The position numbers and the translations under genes are program-made. 64,000 bases of DNA from Candidatus Omnitrophota bacterium (lineage in GTDB: Bacteria > Omnitrophota > Gorgyraeia > JABMRN01 > RBG-13-46-9). The notes beneath the pieces were generated by a model that was not told where the DNA came from, made no database searches, and saw only the letters and a list, made by a program, of their open reading frames with translations. The DNA lies in NCBI GenBank assembly GCA_043817155.1, contig JBDRHE010000085.1, positions 1,464 through 65,463 of the forward strand. The letters run 5' to 3'. Of this stretch, positions 56,481 through 64,000 are shown one piece after another (positions within the stretch are counted from its first letter, which is position 1; the number at the start of each line of letters is the position of its first letter).

Positions 56481-56842
56481 AAAAGATGAACGGAGCCCCT
56501 CTCTTCAGATATTATGATTGTTTTCCACTTTTATCCATTGTGCCCTTGATTTTTTCGGAAAAATAGGGTATATTATATTTAGGATGACAACGGCTTAAAT
56601 GACCAGTTATCTGGTCCTTAAATAAATAAAAGTGCTGTTGCCATCCGTGCAATAATAAAGATCATACCAACACCTACGTAATTAAAACGTAGGTGTTCTT
56701 TTATCCGCCAGACCAAATTATTCAACATCAAGTACCACGCTTCGTTTCGGATGATAATCCGGAGCATCTAATCTGAAAAGCCTTCTCCATCGCCAACGAC
56801 GGTACATAAAGGCAATGCGCATATATGCTCGCTTACTTATGC

Positions 56843-57718
56843 TCAGGCAAATGCCAGTAAGAGCACGCCGCACACCATTACAGAGGCGCCCAAAAGTCGG
56901 TAGCGGATTTTTTCCTCTTTAAAGATTATTGCCCCATAAAAAACGCTCATCATAAGGCTCAACCTCTTTACCGAGATCATATATGCTACATTGGTAAGCA
57001 ATACAGCATGAAAATGTAAAAGCACCGCCGTGGTAAAGCTCGCGCCTAGAGCTCCAAATAGCACAATGTCCTTTTTAGTGATTCGCTCTGCTTTCTCGGG
57101 ATTCTTCCTTCTGGCAAAGGTTATGACTGAGAGAACCGAAAAGAATATGACATAGTAAACGGTTGCGAAGGAGAGAGGGCTGGACATCGCCACCACCCTC
57201 TTTCCCATGACCGCCGTGAGACTAAAGAGGAAAGCCACGATGATCATAAGAACGGAACCCTTCTGGCTGAAGATGCTTTTGAATGGTTCAAGGAACCCTT
57301 TGTGGATCGTATCTACATTCAGTAAGTACGCTCCAATGGAAACCGTGATGACCCCGGCAATGCCTTGAGCGCCAACTTTTTCTCCGAGCAGAATATATGA
57401 AGTTGCTATTGTGAAAGCCGGGGTAAGCCCAAGGAGCGGAAAGACCAGGGAAATCGGTGCCATTTTTAGCGCCTTCAGGTAAAGCAAGAACGCCATAACC
57501 TCTAGCGGCAAAAGCACCATTACCGTCTTCCAGAAAGAGGCGGTGAAATGCATATCCGGCCGTAAAATAAGATAGAGGATCATAACGAAAGGGAGGGAAA
57601 AAGCGAACCTGAGCCACCCTACAAAGAACAGCGCTCTCTTCTTTAGTAAGATCTTTGATAACGCGGCTGTCGTAGAGGTAAAGAAGGCGCAGCCCAGGGA
57701 GAGGAGAAACCAGTTCAT
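56843..57718 (-). CDS. EamA/DMT-family transporter (10 TM)
   Basis: Start probably ATG 57718 (MNWFLLSLGCAFF); the longer ORF-track start would overlap the upstream ParA-like gene. Two EamA-like halves. Confidence 0.65.
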   Translation of the reverse strand: MNWFLLSLGCAFFTSTTAALSKILLKKRALFFVGWLRFAFSLPFVMILYLILRPDMHFTASFWKTVMVLLPLEVMAFLLYLKALKMAPISLVFPLLGLTPAFTIATSYILLGEKVGAQGIAGVITVSIGAYLLNVDTIHKGFLEPFKSIFSQKGSVLMIIVAFLFSLTAVMGKRVVAMSSPLSFATVYYVIFFSVLSVITFARRKNPEKAERITKKDIVLFGALGASFTTAVLLHFHAVLLTNVAYMISVKRLSLMMSVFYGAIIFKEEKIRYRLLGASVMVCGVLLLAFA

Positions 57719-57761
57719 CGATCGAAAGACCAATTCATAAACGCCCTGCCGTATAATAAAA

Positions 57762-58853
57762 TTATATTCGAAAGACGGAATCGAAATCGCCGTATGGGTT
57801 CTTTTCCTTTTCCGTATTTTCAGGATCCCAGAGCCAAAGTCCATCAGCCACAAACTTATATCTGTACCGGCCGGGCAAGAGGTATATGGACTTCTCCCAA
57901 TTGCCTTCTTCACTCCTTATAAGCTTGCTCGCAACATCGACCTTCCAATCATTAAAATCCCCGACAACATAGACGTCATTGGCCTTCGGGGCGAACAATT
58001 TAAAGATCTTCTCTTTTGAATAGACATTACCGTAAGCCCCATGCATTATCTTGCGCATCTCCTGATAGACGCTCTTAGCCGATTCCTCACTGTCGCGCAC
58101 AAGGAGCTCTTCTGCCATTGCCAGGTAATCATGAGCTGCCCTCGACTCAGCATACTCGGTAAATATCGACTGTGTCTTCTCCTGCGCTTGCCGCACGGCT
58201 GTATCGAAAGAGATCATCGCGGAAAAAAGTTTCTCTTTAAATATATACTTGATCTTAGCAAGCATCTTTATGGAAAAATCGGAATACTCATCGTACATAA
58301 CTACCAGGCCCCTTAAGTTGGGGGCGTGATGTAGCTTTATCTTGATGAGCTCGACCATGCTGATCAATTTCCCGACACCCATTATAGCGAATGCGCTCGT
58401 CTCTACGGGTATTATGATCTCGCCGGCTGCCCTGAGAGCATTAAAGGTCAAGAATCCCAGGTTAGGAGGGCAGTCGATAACAATATAGTTGTAGTCAGGG
58501 GCGCATCGCATAATAGCCCGTGAAAGTATTAAGAGACCGTCCTGCCTCTCTTTCAGATCCTGCTCTATGGTGCTGAGTATAATATGAGAAGGGACCAGAT
58601 CCAATCCCCTCTCCAGGTTTATGGATATATCGTCGATCTTCTTTATCTTCTCCGGATCGTTCGTAAATAATGTGACTATGGACTTGAATGGGTCGACCTT
58701 TAGAACCCCAAGCCCTATCGTGGCGTGCGATTGTGGATCGAGGTCTATGAGGAGAACGTTCTTGCCTTTCTTTGCCAGGGCAGCAGCGAGGCATGTAGCA
58801 GTGGTGGTCTTTCCACAACCACCTTTTTGATTAGCTATTGCGAATATCTTCAT
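57762..58853 (-). CDS. ParA/MinD-type P-loop ATPase fused to a C-terminal CBM48 / AMPK-beta-type glycogen-binding domain
   Basis: 363 aa; deviant Walker A KGGCGKTT, ParA-like core to ~aa 255, then VYVVGDFNDWKVDVASKLIRSEEGNWEKSIYLLPGRYRYKFVADGLWLWDPEN matching the V.V.G.FN.W...L...G.W...L.PG.Y.YKF.VDG.W..DP pattern of AMPK-beta GBD/CBM48. Confidence 0.75.
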   Translation of the reverse strand: MKIFAIANQKGGCGKTTTATCLAAALAKKGKNVLLIDLDPQSHATIGLGVLKVDPFKSIVTLFTNDPEKIKKIDDISINLERGLDLVPSHIILSTIEQDLKERQDGLLILSRAIMRCAPDYNYIVIDCPPNLGFLTFNALRAAGEIIIPVETSAFAIMGVGKLISMVELIKIKLHHAPNLRGLVVMYDEYSDFSIKMLAKIKYIFKEKLFSAMISFDTAVRQAQEKTQSIFTEYAESRAAHDYLAMAEELLVRDSEESAKSVYQEMRKIMHGAYGNVYSKEKIFKLFAPKANDVYVVGDFNDWKVDVASKLIRSEEGNWEKSIYLLPGRYRYKFVADGLWLWDPENTEKEKNPYGDFDSVFRI

Positions 58854-58939
58854 ACTATAATCATATTATAATGATATATAGGCATATTGCAAGAGCGTGG
58901 GAACTAATAGTTCAAGTTTATAGCTGTATGTTGCCATTC

Positions 58940-59150
58940 AATAGTAGATCAACCATGTATCAATTGCATTTCGATTATTTTCAATCAATTTCAATGTATA
59001 TCAACCGTATATATCTTGCGCTAACAGCTTTAAGCTCTAAGCCTTAAGCTATAAGCCCTAACTTGAACTACATTGAAATACAATTGAAATAAATGGAAAT
59101 GCAATAGAAATACAATTGTATATCTACGTATATCAACCGCATTTCAAAGC
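58940..59150. repeat. AT-rich iteron/inverted-repeat region upstream of the ParA-CBM48 gene
   Basis: GTATATCAACCG at 58996 and 59128. ~36-bp imperfect inverted repeats (58961..58996 vs 59068..59104). Central heptad tandem TTTAAGC-TCTAAGC-CTTAAGC-TATAAGC-CCTAAC (59027..59061). Confidence 0.55.
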
Positions 59151-59223
59151 ATATCAATAAATAATCGTCCTACGTCTATCGTCCTTCGTAAGTTGGTTAT
59201 AAGATATGTGGGCTGTGTATAAA

Positions 59224-60024
59224 TCAGAGTTTGGAAGCGGCCCTGACGCCGTTTTCAAATATACCCAGACCATCAGAGGTTCTCTTGTCCGATCTAGTCC
59301 AGCGCGGATGCTGCGTATAGCAGATGTGCCTTTCGGGGTGCGGCATGAGACCAAATATCCTACCTGTCCTGTCGCATATGCCCGCAATATTATTAACCGA
59401 ACCGTTCGGGTTGTCCGGGTATTGCGGATCCTTTCCGGATCCGGTGCAATACTTAAATACGATCTGGCCGTTCTCCCTCAATTTTTGCAGCACCTTATCG
59501 TTCTTGGGAATGAACTTTCCCTCGGCGTGAGCAACAGGCAGATATATAATATCTTTCATACCTTTCGTCCATACGCAGCGCGATCCGCGCCCCTTATGGC
59601 GTGGGCTTCTCAGATATACCCAGCGATCCTCGAATTTTCCTGAATCGTTTATACTTAGAGTAACGTCTAGCTTGCCTAGCCCCGCCACCGGGTCCGGCAA
59701 TAGCCCCGACTTCGCAAGCACCTGGAAACCGTTACATATACCGATCATCAGTTTCCCGTCAGCTACAAAGTCTCCAACCTCACGGGATAGTTTAAATCTT
59801 ATTTCATTGGCAAGGATCTTCCCGCTTGCTATGTCATCCCCGTAAGTAAAACCACCAGGTAGCGCTAGAATGCTGTAATCATTCAGAAGGACTTTTCGAG
59901 ATATGATCTTGTTCACGTGAATAAGGTCGCATGACGCCCCGACCTTCTTGAATGCATACGCTGTCTCTACGTCACAATTCGTACCGGCGGTCCTTAAAAC
60001 TAAAACTTTAACTTTCTTAATCAT
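59224..60024 (-). CDS. purQ: phosphoribosylformylglycinamidine synthase I (glutaminase subunit)
   Basis: 266 aa; class I GATase with ICNGFQVL catalytic Cys and HPER His motif (GLMPHPER). Confidence 0.85.
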   Translation of the reverse strand: MIKKVKVLVLRTAGTNCDVETAYAFKKVGASCDLIHVNKIISRKVLLNDYSILALPGGFTYGDDIASGKILANEIRFKLSREVGDFVADGKLMIGICNGFQVLAKSGLLPDPVAGLGKLDVTLSINDSGKFEDRWVYLRSPRHKGRGSRCVWTKGMKDIIYLPVAHAEGKFIPKNDKVLQKLRENGQIVFKYCTGSGKDPQYPDNPNGSVNNIAGICDRTGRIFGLMPHPERHICYTQHPRWTRSDKRTSDGLGIFENGVRAASKL

Positions 60025-60143
60025 TTGTCAACTAAATGTTTGTCGTTTCCACCCAACTTTTGTCATTCCCTCTAACTTTGCCACATGGCATCATGAAACC
60101 CCTTTGAAGACTTTGAGTTCCGAAGCAATCTTATCACCCCTCT

Positions 60144-60222
60144 GTCATTCCCGCGCAAGCGGGAATCCATGGTGGGGCTCGTCTGGATCCCCGCTTTCGC
60201 GGGGATGACATGTGGGAAAAAG
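60144..60222. repeat. GC-rich double-hairpin intergenic repeat element, copy B
   Basis: GTCATTCCCGCGCAAGCGGGAATCCA (ATTCCC-N8-GGGAAT hairpin with GCAA loop) then GGATCCCCGCTTTCGCGGGGATGACATGTGGGAAAAAG; homologous to 9780..9885; intergenic between purL and purQ. Confidence 0.65.
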
Positions 60223-60341
60223 AGGCGAGAATTCTTAGATCCTCGTCTGCATAGAGGCAAGGCCGCTGGCCTATGAACGGATTCTAGAGTCTTATTAAGA
60301 AACAGTACAGCCCTTTGCACCGAGTTATCCTTGTTTCTCAT

Positions 60342-63233
60342 TTATAGCTTGCTAAAAGGTCTTTGCCAGGATTCCTTTAGCTTGTCAATTGTAGTATTAA
60401 TAACGGCGTTGCCCTTAAGTCCCTCAACCTTGAACGAGCTCGACAAAACGGTCGCGCCGATACGACCAATGGGTATCCCTTTCATTGAATTCTCAAACGT
60501 TCTACTCATCCTCTTCGGCACCTCGACTATGAAACGCGTGTTCGATTCAGAGAAGAGTATTATGTCGTCTCTATCGGCTGCTGACGAGCGGGGTACGTCC
60601 TCAATATTTAAGTGCATGCCGAGATCCCCCGCAAATGCCATCTCCGCCAGGCAAACGGCAATGCCGCCTTCAGAACAGTCGTGACAAGCAGTAACGATCC
60701 CCTCCGAAATCACCGAAGAGAGCCTCTCCATAAGCTTCTTGCCCTTATCAGCATCCACTCCGGGCACGGTGTTGCCGGTATACCCAAGTATCTTCCAGTA
60801 ATGTGAACCACCCATCTCGTCATGGGTGAGACCTACAACATAAAGAGAGCTTCCCGGCTTCTTGGCATCCATAGAAATAGTCTTCTTAACATCATCAATA
60901 ACCGCGAGAGCTGAAATCAAGAGTGTTGGAGGTATGGATATACTCCGGCCTTTTACCGAATACTCATTATTCAAGCTATCTTTGCCGGATATGAACGGAA
61001 CGCCGTAGGCTTTAGCGATGTCATAGCAGGCGAGCGATGCCCTGACGAGGCTGCCCAGTTGATGCGGCTTATTGGTATTCCCCCAGCAGAAATTGTCCAG
61101 TATCGCAACCCTCTTAAGGTTGCCTCCCACGGCGATGATCTGCCTTAAAGCTTCATCTATGGCGCTTGCTGCCATCCAATACGGATCGATAAGTCCGTAC
61201 AAAAAATTTATACCGTTCGACACGGCTATACCTTTATCGGATCCAAGCCTGGGCCGAACCACGCAAGCGTCTCCCGGACCGTCGTTCATCTTTCCCTGGA
61301 GAGGTTTTAGTACGCTTCCACCCTGCACTTCATGATCGTATTGCCTTATTATCCATTCCTTGCTGCATACGTTCCAGCTTGAAAGAATGTCTAAGAGAGA
61401 CTTTGTAAAATTTGTGTCCTTATTTATTTTAGGATCAGGGTGCTTTTTGATTTCCCACACAGCAGTTCTTTTTATCTGCGGAAGGCCGTCATGAACAAAA
61501 CGCATATCGAGATCTCCTACAAGGTTTCCCTCGTAATAGAGCTTCATCTTCTTCGTGCCCGTGAACTTTCCTATCACAGTAGCTTCAACGTTCTCTTCCT
61601 CAAAAACCTTGAGTAGTTTATCTACCTTCTTTGGGTCCGCCGCAAGCACCATTCTCTCTTGTGCTTCCGATATCCATATTTCGTCATAAGAGAGCCCGCT
61701 GTATTTAAGAGGCACCTTATCGAGGTATACCTCTACCCCCGTATCCTGTCCCATCTCACCGGCAGCGCTTGAGAGGCCACCTGCCCCGCAATCAGTGATG
61801 GCTTTATAAAGATCTTTGTCACGCGCTTTAAGGATCGTATCGGTGACCTTCTTCTCTGTTATGGGGTTGCCGATCTGTACAGCCGATCCGGATATCTTCT
61901 CAGATTCGGTAGTAAGTTCACCGGACGAGAAGGTCGCCCCATGGATCCCGTCTCTTCCGGTTCTCCCCCCTACCACCACTATTAGATCTCCCGGGTTAAG
62001 CTTCTCAGGCGAACGGTTCTTCGGCATGAGGCCTACGTTTCCGCAATAGACGAGCGGATTGCCTATATATCTTTCATCAAAAAGCACAGCCCCGTTTGCG
62101 GTGGGGATGCCCATACGGTTGCCATAATCTCTTACACCGCTCACAACGCCTTTCATCACACGCTTGGGATGTAACGTACCCGCAGGAAGTTTATTAAATG
62201 GCGTTTCGGGCGGCCCAAAACAGAAGACATCAGTATTCAATATCGGTTTTGCTCCTTTGCTTGTTCCGAGAGGGTCCCTTATCACCCCACCGATCCCTGT
62301 TCCCGCTCCACCATATGGCTCAAGCGCTGAAGGATGGTTGTGTGTCTCCACCTTGAAACATACATTATATTTTTCATCGAATCTTATAACGCCGGAATTG
62401 TCTTCAAAAACCGATACACACCAGCTCTTATCAAGTTCTTTTGTAACGCGCATCACCGTGCTCTTTAAAAGATTATCTATTGTCATTCTTTTCCGCTTCT
62501 TCCCCGGAATGCGCTCCTCGTACTCTATCTTCCCCCTGAATGTCTTATGCTTGCAATGTTCTGACCAGGTCTGGGCTATCGTCTCAAGTTCACAATCCGT
62601 CGGTCTTCTCTTTAGCGACCGGAAGTATCTCTTTATTGTCCTCATCTCCTCAAGCGTCAGGAAGAGCTGACCATCCTTGCTTATCCTCATGAGCTCTCTG
62701 TCGTTGGCCTTCAAGAGATCAACAGTGACGAGTTTAAATTTATAGGTAGGGGCTGGCGGGTACTCTTCTGCATCATGAGTTACGTGTTCTATGGCCTTAT
62801 TAAACAGGAGTTTTTCAGATATAAACTTAACGTCCCCTTTTGATATTCTTCCTTCAAGTACATATTTTTTTGCGGTCTTGATCGATTCTACACTGTTTAT
62901 GCCAAGGTCAGCGATACCCTTCTTCAGGCTCTCTTCTACCGGATCCATGACGCCCGGATTGTGCGAGATCTCTACGACATGGGTGCTACTGTTAGACCTG
63001 TACTTGAAGCCGGAGTTAAAGACATACTCTTGAGTAATAGGGTCATGCAGAAGATCATCGCATATGCGCTCAAGATCGCGGCCCTCTATCGAACCGCCTA
63101 AGAAGTATACCTGTACGAACGATACCTTGCGAACCCCGGTCTTCCCGATGTCCGCAATATCCTTCTTTACACCTTCGCCGATCGCGTCGAAGATGGAAGC
63201 TCTGTTTCTTATTTCTACACGATGTAGACGCAT
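60342..63233 (-). CDS. purL: phosphoribosylformylglycinamidine synthase II with N-terminal PurS-like domain (PurSL fusion)
   Basis: 963 aa; N-terminal ~80-aa PurS-like segment, then PurL AIRS-like domains (GGAGTGIGG, two PurM-like repeats); adjacent to purQ. Confidence 0.8.
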   Translation of the reverse strand: MRLHRVEIRNRASIFDAIGEGVKKDIADIGKTGVRKVSFVQVYFLGGSIEGRDLERICDDLLHDPITQEYVFNSGFKYRSNSSTHVVEISHNPGVMDPVEESLKKGIADLGINSVESIKTAKKYVLEGRISKGDVKFISEKLLFNKAIEHVTHDAEEYPPAPTYKFKLVTVDLLKANDRELMRISKDGQLFLTLEEMRTIKRYFRSLKRRPTDCELETIAQTWSEHCKHKTFRGKIEYEERIPGKKRKRMTIDNLLKSTVMRVTKELDKSWCVSVFEDNSGVIRFDEKYNVCFKVETHNHPSALEPYGGAGTGIGGVIRDPLGTSKGAKPILNTDVFCFGPPETPFNKLPAGTLHPKRVMKGVVSGVRDYGNRMGIPTANGAVLFDERYIGNPLVYCGNVGLMPKNRSPEKLNPGDLIVVVGGRTGRDGIHGATFSSGELTTESEKISGSAVQIGNPITEKKVTDTILKARDKDLYKAITDCGAGGLSSAAGEMGQDTGVEVYLDKVPLKYSGLSYDEIWISEAQERMVLAADPKKVDKLLKVFEEENVEATVIGKFTGTKKMKLYYEGNLVGDLDMRFVHDGLPQIKRTAVWEIKKHPDPKINKDTNFTKSLLDILSSWNVCSKEWIIRQYDHEVQGGSVLKPLQGKMNDGPGDACVVRPRLGSDKGIAVSNGINFLYGLIDPYWMAASAIDEALRQIIAVGGNLKRVAILDNFCWGNTNKPHQLGSLVRASLACYDIAKAYGVPFISGKDSLNNEYSVKGRSISIPPTLLISALAVIDDVKKTISMDAKKPGSSLYVVGLTHDEMGGSHYWKILGYTGNTVPGVDADKGKKLMERLSSVISEGIVTACHDCSEGGIAVCLAEMAFAGDLGMHLNIEDVPRSSAADRDDIILFSESNTRFIVEVPKRMSRTFENSMKGIPIGRIGATVLSSSFKVEGLKGNAVINTTIDKLKESWQRPFSKL

Positions 63234-63234
63234 C

Positions 63235-64000
63235 TTACTCCCATTCTATTGTAGCCGGTGGTTTTGAACTAATATCATACACAACCCTGTTCACGCCTTT
63301 AACCTCATTTACGATCCTGTTCGAAACAGTTTCCAGAAACTTGTAAGGCAGCTTCGCCCAATCAGCTGTCATACCGTCTTTGCTTGTAACGGCCCGGATA
63401 GCTACAAGGTTCTCGTAGGTTCTCTTGTCCCCCATGACTCCCACCGTTCTTATAGGGACTAGCACGGCGAAGCACTGCCATACGTCATAGTAGATATTAT
63501 TCTTCTTGGCATGATCGATCACCACGTGGTCGGCTTCCTGCAACATATTTAGCCTCTCTTTTGTAACCTCACCCAATATCCTGACTCCAAGGCCCGGCCC
63601 GGGGAAAGGCTGCCTCCAAATGAGCTCGTGGGGCATGTTAAGGCTTTCGCCCAGCTTCCTTACTTCATCCTTAAAAAGATACTTCAGCGGCTCCAGTAGC
63701 TTTAAACCCATCTTCTCGGGTAATCCGCCCACGTTATGGTGTGTCTTTATAGTAGCGCTTGGGCCCCCAAACGCTGATCTCGATTCGATCACATCGGGAT
63801 AGAGGGTACCCTGAGCAAGGTATTTTACCTTACCCAGTTTACGCGACTCCCTTTCAAAGACGCGGATGAAGGTCTTGCCTATTATCTTCCTCTTTTCTTC
63901 CGGATCGGTTACGTCTTTTAAGCGTTTTAGGAATTCGTCTTCAGCTCTGACGACCTTCAGGTTCATTTTATAATGTTTTTGGAATACTTTTTTTACTCTT
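63235..64000 (-). CDS. guaA: GMP synthase (glutamine-hydrolysing), ATP-pyrophosphatase/dimerisation C-terminal portion; 5' end beyond the window
   Basis: C-terminus ...KPPATIEWE and [29 protein letters not shown] motifs of GuaA; the reading frame stays open to the window edge. Confidence 0.8.
   Translation of the reverse strand, partial: RVKKVFQKHYKMNLKVVRAEDEFLKRLKDVTDPEEKRKIIGKTFIRVFERESRKLGKVKYLAQGTLYPDVIESRSAFGGPSATIKTHHNVGGLPEKMGLKLLEPLKYLFKDEVRKLGESLNMPHELIWRQPFPGPGLGVRILGEVTKERLNMLQEADHVVIDHAKKNNIYYDVWQCFAVLVPIRTVGVMGDKRTYENLVAIRAVTSKDGMTADWAKLPYKFLETVSNRIVNEVKGVNRVVYDISSKPPATIEWE

Overview
This 64-kb window looks like a chromosomal segment from an unidentified, probably uncultivated, bacterium with moderate-to-low GC. 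It is housekeeping-rich with no obvious phage or transposase genes. The left ~44.7 kb is almost entirely plus-strand. It carries: a rearranged riboflavin operon (ribBA C-terminus, ribH, nusB, a TrpH/YciV-type PHP phosphoesterase, a deaminase-only ribD, ribE); tRNA-Pro(CGG); acylphosphatase; ligA; a XerC/D-type recombinase; a DHH-CBS-CCA-adding fusion enzyme; the DUF503-rbfA-nrnA-truB-ribF-rpsO-pnp cluster; dut; ftsK; rodZ-like; rimO; pgsA-pgpA; fabG-acpP-fabF; ttcA-like; an M48 peptidase; uvrD/pcrA; two PilZ proteins; an ECF sigma/anti-sigma pair; and several secreted hypotheticals. At 44.76-45.80 kb there is a ~1-kb region with no ORF of 60 aa or more, and gene orientation flips there: every later gene but one is on the minus strand. 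That region holds a canonical 28-bp XerCD dif-like site, a second degenerate copy of it, and two pairs of 14-bp palindromes (GTAACA-N2-TGTTAC). I read this as the replication terminus. The right part, minus-strand, carries: an RRM RNA-binding protein; a DEDDh exonuclease; a HAMP protein; a multi-PAS GGDEF/HD-GYP protein preceded by a 5x32-bp tandem repeat; yjbQ plus a decayed yjbQ remnant; a SAM methyltransferase; VanZ-like proteins; a CxxCxxCC protein; an EamA transporter; a ParA-type ATPase fused to a CBM48/AMPK-beta glycogen-binding domain next to an iteron-like AT-rich repeat region; purQ; a PurS-PurL fusion; and partial guaA. Several GC-rich hairpin/inverted-repeat element families lie in intergenic spacers (REP/MITE-like), and a ~57-nt repeat overlaps the 3' ends of pnp and rimO. 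No CRISPR array was seen. The candidates I rate most novel are the ParA-CBM48 fusion with its repeat region and the dif-flanking palindrome pairs with an adjacent HTH protein.
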